NCBI GenBank assembly: GCA_030731745.1
Contig: JANQTJ010000037.1
Coordinates: 77,685-141,684 of the forward strand
Reading direction: 5' to 3'
DNA length: 64,000 nt
From: Flaviramulus sp.
GTDB lineage: Bacteria; Bacteroidota; Bacteroidia; Flavobacteriales; Flavobacteriaceae
Shown: positions 48,291 to 56,686 of the stretch, piece after piece
Numbering within the stretch: the first letter of the stretch is position 1
Layout: every line of letters starts with the position of its first letter
The notes under the pieces: generated by a model
The model's database searches: none
Told to the model about the DNA's origin: nothing
Seen by the model: only the letters and a program-made list of their open reading frames with translations
Program-made: the position numbers and the translations under genes

Positions 48291-48500
48291 AAAAAAAAAG
48301 TGAGCCACCACAGCTCACTTTTACCAACTAAACTAAATAAGACATTAAACTAATTATTAATGAATTTCGTCACTCTATAATTAAGAGTATATTTTTACTT
48401 TATTCTTGATACCTAATAAATCTGTGAATACTACTACCACTAAAGTATTTTAAAGATTATTTTAATTAGGTTACTTATAAATTAATTTCATAATGATTAA
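48291..48500 (-). ncRNA. Candidate roughly 200-nt non-coding RNA (unknown family)
   Basis: A minus-strand -7 box TATCTTTG lies at 48507..48514. A strong terminator (AAGTGAGC-loop-GCTCACTT plus 9 T on the minus strand) lies at 48291..48323. No ORF longer than 6 codons lies between them. Confidence 0.4.
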
Positions 48501-48676
48501 CACTACAAAGATAATTTAGTAATCGAGTGTATAAAACATCAATTTTGACTTATTTATATGCTATTTTAACCGTTAAATTAATGTTAACACTATGTTAAGA
48601 CAAAATAACATACAATTTGAGCAAAAAAACACAGTTTGTAAGAATAATATATTTTAAATTTGCATAAACCCCAGTT

Positions 48677-49549
48677 ATGATTATTAAGAAACCTACCTTA
48701 GAAAAATTAAGTCCTAGTTTTGGTAGTTCCATTTTGGTAAAACAACATGCAGAACAAGTTGATAAAAATAATGCTTTTTGGCATTTTCATCCTGAATTAG
48801 AGCTTGTATATGTAAATAAAGGCCAAGGTAAAACTCATATTGGTAACCATTTATCTTATTTTAATAACAGTCAGCTTATTTTAATTGGTGCTAATCTTCC
48901 TCACAATGGTTTCACAGATAGATTAACCGCTAACGGAACAGAAACTACTGTTCAATTTAAGTCTGATTTTTTAGGTAATGATTTTATTAATATTCCAGAA
49001 ATGGCTAATGTGTCTGCTTTATTTGATAGGGCTAAAAAAGGATTAAGATTTGGAATTGATACAAAAGCTATACTAGGTTCTAAAATAAATACCCTTTTAC
49101 AACATTCAGGTTTAGAAAGGGTGTTAAAATTTTTGGAAATATTAAATTACTTAGCTAATACCGAAGATTACACTTTATTAAACGCAGATGGGATAGCCTT
49201 AGAAACCAATCCACAAGATAGTAATAAAATTAATATTATTTACAAATATGTAAATGCTAAATTTCAGCAACATATTACCTTAGACGAAATAGCAGATAAA
49301 GTAAGTATGACGGTACCTGCATTTTGTAGATATTTCAAAAAAACTACAGGTAAAACATTTACACAATTGGTAAACGAATACCGAGTAGTTCATGCAACAA
49401 AGCTTTTAAATGAAAGCCAGATGAGTATTGCAGATATTTGTTTTGAATGTGGCTTCAATAATTTTTCTCATTTTAATAAACAGTTTAATGAAATTACAGG
49501 AAAAAGCGCTTCAAATTACAGAAAAGAAATAAAACATATAATTCAATAA
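48677..49549 (+). CDS. AraC-family transcriptional regulator (cupin-like N-terminus)
   Basis: The N-terminus 'WHFHPELELVYV..G.G..HIG' is cupin-like. The C-terminal AraC HTH has 'CGFNNFSHFNKQFNEITGKS'. Confidence 0.88.
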   Translation: MIIKKPTLEKLSPSFGSSILVKQHAEQVDKNNAFWHFHPELELVYVNKGQGKTHIGNHLSYFNNSQLILIGANLPHNGFTDRLTANGTETTVQFKSDFLGNDFINIPEMANVSALFDRAKKGLRFGIDTKAILGSKINTLLQHSGLERVLKFLEILNYLANTEDYTLLNADGIALETNPQDSNKINIIYKYVNAKFQQHITLDEIADKVSMTVPAFCRYFKKTTGKTFTQLVNEYRVVHATKLLNESQMSIADICFECGFNNFSHFNKQFNEITGKSASNYRKEIKHIIQ

Positions 49550-49554
49550 TATAT

Positions 49555-49731
49555 ATGGACGAAAATAAAATTGATAAAACAATAAATTACTACTCCATTA
49601 AGATTAATGTAATAGTTGATTTTATAAATTCTAATAGTAATTTATCAGTAGATCAAATTATACAAAGCGGTAAAGAACTGGCAGTTTTAGAATATAAGCT
49701 TACCGCTTTAGAGGTGGCTAAAGAAAATTAG
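49555..49731 (+). CDS. Possible 58-aa small ORF (MDENKIDKTINYYSIKINVIVDFINSNSNLSVDQIIQSGKELAVLEYKLTALEVAKEN)
   Basis: An ATG-to-TAG ORF starting 5 nt after the AraC stop on the same strand. Confidence 0.3.
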   Translation: MDENKIDKTINYYSIKINVIVDFINSNSNLSVDQIIQSGKELAVLEYKLTALEVAKEN

Positions 49732-49744
49732 AGTTTAAAAATAA

Positions 49745-50404
49745 TTATTTTTCACCTTTCCACTCTTTATAAAATTGCACAAGATATTTTTCCATAAAAG
49801 TATGTCTCTCAAAAGCTATTTGTTTGCCTGTTTTTGTATTCATTTTATCTTTTAGAAGCAGTAATTTTTCGTAAAAATGATTAATTGTAGGAGCTGTTGA
49901 ATTTTTATATTCAGTTTTGCTCATGTTTAGGTTTGGTTTTATATCTGGATTGTAGAGAGTTCTATTTTTAAAACCACCATAATTAAAACAACGAGCAATA
50001 CCAATTGCACCAATAGCATCTAATCTATCTGCATCTTGAACAACTTCAAGTTCTTTTGAAGTAAAATTTGAATTTTTTTCTAATGAATTTTTAAATGAAA
50101 TATGTTTTATAATATTAATAACATGTTCTATAACCTTAGAATCGAGATTAAGTTCAAATAAAAACTCACGAGCTATTTTTGGGCCAATAGTTTCATCGCC
50201 ATTATAAAATTTACTGTCTGCAATATCATGTAATAAGGCGCCAAGAGATACAATAAATTTATCAACAGGTTCTGTTTTAGCAATTAATAAAGTGTTTCTA
50301 TAAACACGTTCAATATGAAACCAATCATGACCACCTTCAGCATTTTCAAGTATTTCTTTTACAAAGATAATGGCTTTATCAATTATTTCTTCTGAATTAT
50401 GCAT
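49745..50404 (-). CDS. HD-domain phosphohydrolase
   Basis: Has the 'HDWFHIERV' and 'LLHDIAD' metal-binding motifs. Length is 219 aa. Confidence 0.8.
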   Translation of the reverse strand: MHNSEEIIDKAIIFVKEILENAEGGHDWFHIERVYRNTLLIAKTEPVDKFIVSLGALLHDIADSKFYNGDETIGPKIAREFLFELNLDSKVIEHVINIIKHISFKNSLEKNSNFTSKELEVVQDADRLDAIGAIGIARCFNYGGFKNRTLYNPDIKPNLNMSKTEYKNSTAPTINHFYEKLLLLKDKMNTKTGKQIAFERHTFMEKYLVQFYKEWKGEK

Positions 50405-50472
50405 AGGTTAAAAATAAAAATTCCTTTCGGTTTGGAAAGGAATTAATTTATAAATTGAATAAAAATATGTTT

Positions 50473-51465
50473 CTATTTGATTATTGCAGGTTCTACCCAT
50501 TTAAATTGAAAAGAATTTTCTGGGATTTTAATTCGCTCAGATAAACGATACATTCTTTCAGGTAATTTCATCAAATAATCTCTAGCTTTTTCTGCTTCGT
50601 CATTTAGATTGGTAATTTTATCAATCTCCCAACGTTTAATAAGCTTATCTAAAATATCTACATAATCGTTTGAGGTATAAACACCTATACGTTGTGCTGT
50701 ATTAGAAAATTCTTCAAAAGCTGTGCTTATTTGGTTTCCAGATTCTCTTAAAAAGTGAGCTGGCATTGCAATTTTACGTTTCATCATATCATGAAAAGCC
50801 ATCATCATTTGATTTGGATCTACTTTAAAAATTCGTTCTACAAATTCAGAATAAGCGTTATGGTGTCGCATTTCATCACCAGAAATTATCTGACACATTT
50901 TACCTAATTGTTTGTTGCCATGTTTTTTAGCTATTTTAGCAACACGACTGTGAGAAATATAAGTAGCTAGTTCTTGAAAACTTGTGTAAATAAAATTTTT
51001 GTAGGGATCTCTATCGGTTCCAATATCAAATCCATCAGCAATTAAATATTGAGTGGTTTTCTCTATTTCGCGCATATTAACACGACCTGATAAATAAAGA
51101 TACTTGTTAAGCACATCCCCATGTCTATTTTCTTCACCCGTCCAATGACGCACCCATTTTCCCCAACTATTTTCTTTATCAACTTGGTCTATACCTTCAA
51201 CATCCATCAGCCAAGATTCATAAGTAGGTAGTGCTTCTTCTGTAATCATATCACCAACTAAAACTACCCAAAAATCATAGGGTAATTCTTTTGAAAGTTC
51301 TCTAATCTCTCTTACTTCTTCAAAAAAATTATCACCTTCAGAATTTGGTAAAAAATCGGTAGGTTGCCATATTTTTTCTATGGGTATTAGGTATTTTTCA
51401 ATTAAAGCATCTACATCTTTTTCCAAAAATTGCATTACTTCTAATCTTACATTTTTTAACGACAT
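50473..51465 (-). CDS. Soluble acyl-ACP desaturase (di-iron, FA_desaturase_2 type)
   Basis: Has the two di-iron motifs 'EENRHG' and 'DEMRHH'. Length is 330 aa. Confidence 0.88.
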   Translation of the reverse strand: MSLKNVRLEVMQFLEKDVDALIEKYLIPIEKIWQPTDFLPNSEGDNFFEEVREIRELSKELPYDFWVVLVGDMITEEALPTYESWLMDVEGIDQVDKENSWGKWVRHWTGEENRHGDVLNKYLYLSGRVNMREIEKTTQYLIADGFDIGTDRDPYKNFIYTSFQELATYISHSRVAKIAKKHGNKQLGKMCQIISGDEMRHHNAYSEFVERIFKVDPNQMMMAFHDMMKRKIAMPAHFLRESGNQISTAFEEFSNTAQRIGVYTSNDYVDILDKLIKRWEIDKITNLNDEAEKARDYLMKLPERMYRLSERIKIPENSFQFKWVEPAIIK

Positions 51466-51474
51466 AAATATGTT

Positions 51475-52212
51475 TTATGGGTGTATATGTTTTTTAATAG
51501 TGGTTTCAATACTACTAATTAAGTTTTCTTTATCTACAAATGTAGCTAATTTTATAGGTTTGTGTACTGTAAATGTAATATGAGTGCCTATTCCCATTGG
51601 GAATTTACCATACTGATACATTTTCCATGAATTATTTATTGAAATTGGTACAATTAAAGCAGAAGGTATTTTTTTAAATAAAATTTCTAAACCTTTAGTT
51701 TGAAATGGTTTTGGTTCACCATTTTTAGTACGAGTTCCTTCTGGGAAAATAACAGCTGCATATTTGTTTTTCTCAATATATTCCCCAAATTTCATGAGTG
51801 CTGGTAAAGATTGTCTGGGGTTTTTTCTATCTATTAATGCTGCTCCGCCATGGCGTAAATTATATGAAACACTAGGAATACCTTTACCTAATTCTATTTT
51901 ACTAATAAATTTTGGATGCTGTTTTCTAATAAACCAAGTTAAGGGATAAATATCATGTAAACTTTGATGATTAGCAACTACAATTATTGGTTGGTTTCTA
52001 TCTATTTGATGTGGATTATTAAATGTAAATCGAGTGCCTAAAATATGAGCACATCGCATTAAACAAACTTGCAGAATATCAACACTATTTTTATGAGCTT
52101 TATATCCAAAAACATTAAAACAAAACCATTGGATTGGATGAAAAATAAGCAGTGTTATAAAAAAACAAAGGAGATAAATAATGGTTAGAGGGTAAGCTAA
52201 TAATTTTTGCAT
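51475..52212 (-). CDS. Lysophospholipid (1-acyl-glycerol-3-phosphate) acyltransferase family protein
   Basis: Has the HX4D motif 'NHQSLHDI' and the 'FPEGTR' block. It lies 9 nt downstream of the desaturase gene. Confidence 0.85.
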   Translation of the reverse strand: MQKLLAYPLTIIYLLCFFITLLIFHPIQWFCFNVFGYKAHKNSVDILQVCLMRCAHILGTRFTFNNPHQIDRNQPIIVVANHQSLHDIYPLTWFIRKQHPKFISKIELGKGIPSVSYNLRHGGAALIDRKNPRQSLPALMKFGEYIEKNKYAAVIFPEGTRTKNGEPKPFQTKGLEILFKKIPSALIVPISINNSWKMYQYGKFPMGIGTHITFTVHKPIKLATFVDKENLISSIETTIKKHIHP

Positions 52213-52236
52213 GTCGCAAAAATAAAAAATCTCCTT

Positions 52237-52635
52237 TTAATACACAGCTATACAAGTGTTATTTTCACAAGATATACTTGTTGGTGTATTTGTAGTAGCA
52301 CAATCTGAAACGATTTCCCATTTTGTGTTGAATTCAGATTCTTTTTGATTGTAAGCATCAACTAAATTTTCTAATTCTTCAAAATTTATTGAGGTAGAGT
52401 AAACCAAGTAACTCCTTGGACCACCGCAAGGTTTACTACCTAAGCCAATAAATTTACATTCAAAAGTATCACCACAAATTGAAGCACTAGCTAGATTTTC
52501 AATTTCAGTTTTCAAAATAGTCAATTCTTGTTGTTCATCATCAATTGTTAGCGGTACTATATCTTCTTCACATTGTGTAGAAAATAATAATAAACAAATA
52601 GGAACTAAAAGAATTTTAAAAATTGGCTTTTTCAT
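52237..52635 (-). CDS. Hypothetical Cys-rich lipoprotein
   Basis: The likely start is the internal Met (MKKPIFKILLVPICLLLFSTQC). The track extension to 52701 overlaps the upstream terminator hairpin. Confidence 0.5.
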   Translation of the reverse strand: MKKPIFKILLVPICLLLFSTQCEEDIVPLTIDDEQQELTILKTEIENLASASICGDTFECKFIGLGSKPCGGPRSYLVYSTSINFEELENLVDAYNQKESEFNTKWEIVSDCATTNTPTSISCENNTCIAVY

Positions 52636-52690
52636 TTTTACTGGTTTTTTTATGAGATGTAAAAAATTTAAATAGGTTGCGTAAGACCAT

Positions 52691-52719
52691 AAAAAAACCA
52701 CGAATATATCGTGGTTTTT
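52691..52719 (-). terminator. Intrinsic terminator downstream of the bacilliredoxin gene
   Basis: ACCACGA-ATATA-TCGTGGT flanked by an A7 run and a T5 run. The T-run follows the hairpin on the minus strand. Confidence 0.65.
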
Positions 52720-52747
52720 ATTTTAATTTTTTAATTTGAAGCGTGGC

Positions 52748-53158
52748 TTAACAATGCTCATTATAAGCATCTACTAAGTTTTCAGCAATTAACTCCGCAG
52801 GTCTACCTTCAATATGATGACGCTCAAGCATATGTACTAATTCACCGTTTTTAAATAATGCCATACTTGGAGAACTTGGAGGAAACGGAATCATGTAACT
52901 ACGAGCAGTATCAACTGCTTCTCTATCAACACCTGCAAAAACAGTTACGATATGGTCAGGTTTTTTTGCGTTTTGCAAACTCATTTTAGCACCTGGTCTC
53001 GCATTAGCTGCAGCACATCCACAAACTGAATTTACAACTACTAGCGTAGTACCTTCTTTAGCTATAGCAGCATCCACTGCTTCTTCTGTATGTAATTCTA
53101 AAAAACCAACTTTGGTTAAATCTTCGCGCATTGGTTTCACTAATTCTGCTGGATACAT
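52748..53158 (-). CDS. BrxA/BrxB-family bacilliredoxin (DUF1094, thioredoxin fold)
   Basis: 136 aa. The redox motif is 'NSVCGCAA', and the N-terminal 'MYPAELVKPMREDLT' is typical of YphP/YqiW-type proteins. Confidence 0.8.
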   Translation of the reverse strand: MYPAELVKPMREDLTKVGFLELHTEEAVDAAIAKEGTTLVVVNSVCGCAAANARPGAKMSLQNAKKPDHIVTVFAGVDREAVDTARSYMIPFPPSSPSMALFKNGELVHMLERHHIEGRPAELIAENLVDAYNEHC

Positions 53159-53278
53159 ATCTTTAAATTTTAATAATTAACAATTTTTATTGTTGCAAAG
53201 ATACCAATTGTGTAACAAATTCGTGATGCAATCAACTAACAAATATTATATTTACCCATAATTAAAATTTATTAAAGT

Positions 53279-54055
53279 ATGAGTTTCTCAAAATGGATTG
53301 GTGGCGCTTTAGGATGGTCGTTTGGCGGTCCAATTGGCGCCATAATTGGTCTAGCTATTGGAAGTTTAATTGACTCTGTATCAGAGGGGGAAAATAGTCC
53401 ATTTCTTGGTGAAGGTCAACGTACACAAAGTAGAAGAAGTACAAGTTATAGAAAGCAAGAACGCCCACAAACACAATCAGGAGATTTTGAGGTAAGTCTC
53501 CTGATTCTAGCATCCATTGTAATAAAAGCAGATGGTAAGCAAGACCAACGAGAGCTTGATTTTGTGCGACAACAATTTGTAAATATGTATGGAAAAGAGC
53601 GTGCTAATCATGCTTTTAAATTGTTTAAAGGCATTAATAATCAAAATAATATTTCTATACGACAAGTTTGTTTACAGATTAAGCAAATGATGGATCATCC
53701 GTCACGTTTACAACTAATACATTTTTTATTTGGTATCGCTAAAGCAGATGGTACTGTTACCGAAGATGAAGAACGCCAAATTTATACGATGGCTGGTTAT
53801 TTGGGGATTAGTTCTCGTGATTACGAAAGTATCAAAGCTATGTTTTATAATAGTTCTTATAATGCACACAAAATATTAGAAATTGAAAAAAGTGCATCAG
53901 TTGATGATATCAAAAAGGCTTACCGAACTATGGCAAAAAAATATCATCCAGATAAAGTTATTCATTTAGGAAAGGAACATCAGGAGGGTGCTGAAGAAAA
54001 ATTTAGACAAGTACAAGCTGCTTATGAGCAATTACAGAAAGAAAGAGGATTTTAA
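53279..54055 (+). CDS. DjlA-like co-chaperone (N-terminal TM, TerB-like domain, C-terminal J domain)
   Basis: Has an N-terminal G-rich TM segment and a central TerB-like repeat ('IKADG...E', 'AKADG...E'). The J domain has '[12 protein letters not shown]'. Confidence 0.75.
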   Translation: MSFSKWIGGALGWSFGGPIGAIIGLAIGSLIDSVSEGENSPFLGEGQRTQSRRSTSYRKQERPQTQSGDFEVSLLILASIVIKADGKQDQRELDFVRQQFVNMYGKERANHAFKLFKGINNQNNISIRQVCLQIKQMMDHPSRLQLIHFLFGIAKADGTVTEDEERQIYTMAGYLGISSRDYESIKAMFYNSSYNAHKILEIEKSASVDDIKKAYRTMAKKYHPDKVIHLGKEHQEGAEEKFRQVQAAYEQLQKERGF

Positions 54056-54068
54056 TTTGTATTTTGTT

Positions 54069-54533
54069 GTTTCAAAAAATAGGAAATATGAGGAATATTT
54101 AGATTTAAGTGAAACAAATGCTATTATCGACAGATTAATAAACTAGATGCTTATGCAAAACCTCAATGGAGTAAAATGAGTGTTGACCAGATGTTGGTAC
54201 ATTGTAATGTGACCTATGAGATGATTTACGGAACCAAGCACAAAAGACCTAATGCTTTTTTTTTTGCTAAAAGCTATTGTAAAACCTTTTGTAGTAAGCG
54301 AAAAACCTCATAAGAAAAATGGCAGAACTGCACCAGAATTTATTAGTTCGGATTCTAAAAACTTTATAGAAGAAAAAGCAAGATAGATAGATTTTATAAC
54401 TAAAACCCAAAATTTGGTAGCATCATATTTTGATAACAACCCGTCACATTCTTTCGGAAAATTATCATTAAAAATAATGTAATCATTTTTTTACAAGCAT
54501 TTAGATCATCATTTGTATCAGCTTGGAGTTTAG
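54069..54533 (+). pseudogene. Decayed DUF1569-family gene
   Basis: Fragments in three frames match the family: 'SETNAIIDR', 'NKLDAYAKPQWSKMSVDQMLVHCNVTYEMIYGTKHKRPNAF', 'VVSEKPHKKNGRTAPEF' and 'FYKHLDHHLYQLGV'. They are interrupted by frameshifts and in-frame stops. The track has no ORF of 60 aa or more here. Confidence 0.7.
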
Positions 54534-55447
54534 TTAACCTCTAATTTATAACCCACACCATGAATATTTATGATATTTATAGTGGGATCGTTTTTAAATT
54601 TTTTACGAAGCTTTGAAATAAAAGTATCTAAACTTCTATCTACAAAAACGCCATTATCTTCCCAAATCTCTTTCACAATAAGTTCTCGTTTTATAACCTT
54701 ATTTTGATTTGAGCTAAACATAGCCATAAGTTCGCATTCTTTAGCAGAAAGCTTTATTTCTATAGTATCTTTTATGAGTTTATTTTGATCTTTATAAAAT
54801 TTGTATGTGCCAATTTTAGAGAATGTTAAGTCTTCAGTTTCTATTTTTTTCTTCTTTTGATATTTATATAGAAATACAAAACCTAATATTATAATGGCTA
54901 ATAAGGTTAAATAATTTTTTGAAAAGATAGACTCCTGATTAATAAATATCACTCTAATGAAATAACAATTAAAAGGCAATACTCTTCCAGAGCAAGGGAT
55001 AATGCTTTTTTCTTCATCATTATTAATTTCATAGCTGTAAGCTACTTCGCTATCATCACATTTAATAACTTCAACTCGATAGTTTGTTGGTAAATTTACT
55101 TTTTTAAAACTTTCTTTTATGATTAAAACCAAGGTGTTTGGTTCAAACGTTAATTGGTTTTTAAAGCTTAAGAGGTATTCGTTTTTTTCAATTTCAGAAA
55201 TGGGTAATATTAAAGAAATAGAATCATTATTTGATAGCAATAGTTTATTTCCAGAATCTCTGAGCGCTATTTTAGAAACTTGAGAAAATGAATCATCTTT
55301 TGCACAAGTTAATAACGAGTTGATAATTAAAATTATAAATAGGGTTAATAAGTTAGATTTAATTCGGTTTTTCATAATACTAGTAAATAAACTATAAATA
55401 AGTGAATTTTTACATCTGTTGACACTTCTTTCACATTTTTTTGACAT
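54530..55447 (-). CDS. Membrane-anchored one-component regulator with a C-terminal OmpR/PhoB-type winged helix
   Basis: The C-terminus is 'LSAKECELMAMF...VKEIWED...DRSLDTFISKLRKKF......IHGVGYKLE', a Trans_reg_C domain. A TM helix 'LTLLAIIILGFVFLY' is followed by 'KKKK'. The N-terminal roughly 150 aa follows a signal/lipobox. The likely true start is the internal Met (MKNRIKSN...), about 72 nt inside the track ORF. Confidence 0.75.
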   Translation of the reverse strand: MSKKCERSVNRCKNSLIYSLFTSIMKNRIKSNLLTLFIILIINSLLTCAKDDSFSQVSKIALRDSGNKLLLSNNDSISLILPISEIEKNEYLLSFKNQLTFEPNTLVLIIKESFKKVNLPTNYRVEVIKCDDSEVAYSYEINNDEEKSIIPCSGRVLPFNCYFIRVIFINQESIFSKNYLTLLAIIILGFVFLYKYQKKKKIETEDLTFSKIGTYKFYKDQNKLIKDTIEIKLSAKECELMAMFSSNQNKVIKRELIVKEIWEDNGVFVDRSLDTFISKLRKKFKNDPTINIINIHGVGYKLEVN

Positions 55448-55507
55448 AATATTTTTCCTCTCAACCTAGTTTTACCAAATAAAAAAACCACTAAAATCAA
55501 AAAAATT

Positions 55508-56083
55508 ATGAAGAAAAGTATTTTATTACTTGCAGTTACTATGTGTTCTCTAATGTCTTTTTCTCAAGAACAACTAGAAATTAATATATTAAAAAGTGAC
55601 ATTAAATGGACTGCAGATTATGCCTTCTATTTTAATGGACATAATGGCATTGTAACATTTAAAGAAGGTTATTTTATTAAAACTAATGAAGTTATAACTG
55701 GAGGTGAATTTATTATAGATATGGATACCATTAAAAATTTAGATATTGAGAATGAAGAAGGTAAAGAGGGGTTAGTTGATCATTTAAAAAATGAAGACTT
55801 TTTTGATGTTAAAAAATTTCCAATAGCAAAACTAGTGATTTCTCACGTTAAGTATCATGATAATAAACACATGAAAATATATGCAAATCTTACCATAAAA
55901 GGCGTAACAAACCCTGTTGATTTTCAAGCTGAGGTTGATTATGAAAAAGCACAAATGATAACAAAATTTAAAATAGACCGCACACGTTGGAACATCAATT
56001 ACAATTCCAAAGAAATTGAAGGAAAGTTAAAAGATGGTATTATCTCTGATGCCATTGGGTTTGAAGTTAAACTAAGTTTATAA
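55508..56083 (+). CDS. YceI-family (polyisoprenoid-binding-like) secreted protein
   Basis: Has a signal peptide. The YceI-like blocks are 'F.....T..GEF..D' and 'LTIKGVTNPVDFQAEV'. Confidence 0.75.
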   Translation: MKKSILLLAVTMCSLMSFSQEQLEINILKSDIKWTADYAFYFNGHNGIVTFKEGYFIKTNEVITGGEFIIDMDTIKNLDIENEEGKEGLVDHLKNEDFFDVKKFPIAKLVISHVKYHDNKHMKIYANLTIKGVTNPVDFQAEVDYEKAQMITKFKIDRTRWNINYNSKEIEGKLKDGIISDAIGFEVKLSL

Positions 56084-56092
56084 ATATATATT

Positions 56093-56686
56093 ATGAAAAA
56101 CATTATACTATCATTACTCGTAACCTTTTCAATATTTGGTTTTACTCAAGAAACAGAAATCTCATCTATTTTAAATTCAGAAAACACTTGGTCAAAAGAA
56201 ATTATAAAATTCCCTTTGCGTTTTGCTCCAGAGATTATTTATGAAGGTTTTGAAGATTTACGTTTTCCACGAGGTTGGGCAAAACAAGCTAGTCCAGAAT
56301 TTTGGTCATACGTTTGGGTTTGGAGCGTAAATGAAAAAAAAGAAATAACAGAAAAAGAATTGGAAAGCGATTTACAATTTTATTTTGATGGTTTAATGGG
56401 ACTTGATTATTTTAAAATTAATGAAGAAAAAGTACAAAAATCACAAGCTGTATTTATTAAAAAGGAAGTGTCAAATGACACTTTGTATTTTAAAGGGAAG
56501 GTAAAAACTTTTGATACCCGTTTCACCAAAGAACCCATGACATTGCATGTACTTGTAGAAAGTTTTTATTGTGAAAAAGAAAATAAGGCATTAATTGTTT
56601 TTAGATTTTCACCTAAAAAATTTATAGATGATGTCTGGGAAACTTTAAAATCAGTAAAACTTATTGAAACGGCTTGTTATAATTAA
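56093..56686 (+). CDS. Hypothetical secreted protein
   Basis: Has a signal peptide and lies 9 nt after the YceI gene. I recognise no motif. Confidence 0.45.
   Translation: MKNIILSLLVTFSIFGFTQETEISSILNSENTWSKEIIKFPLRFAPEIIYEGFEDLRFPRGWAKQASPEFWSYVWVWSVNEKKEITEKELESDLQFYFDGLMGLDYFKINEEKVQKSQAVFIKKEVSNDTLYFKGKVKTFDTRFTKEPMTLHVLVESFYCEKENKALIVFRFSPKKFIDDVWETLKSVKLIETACYN

Noticed and set aside
48660-48721. Hand translation showed apparent one-base frame inconsistencies at T-runs that cross line breaks (near 48660/48720, and near 55320/55440).
   Set aside because: The supplied ORF track shows continuous ORFs (48677..49549 and 54530..55447) with sensible proteins. The discrepancy is most likely my miscount of homopolymer lengths at line boundaries, not real frameshifts. 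For this reason I dropped a promoter call for the 48677 gene, and hand-derived coordinates carry an uncertainty of 1-2 nt.
52636-52701. The track gives a 22-codon N-terminal extension of the lipoprotein ORF.
   Set aside because: The extension overlaps the bacilliredoxin terminator hairpin, and the internal Met begins a canonical lipoprotein signal peptide.
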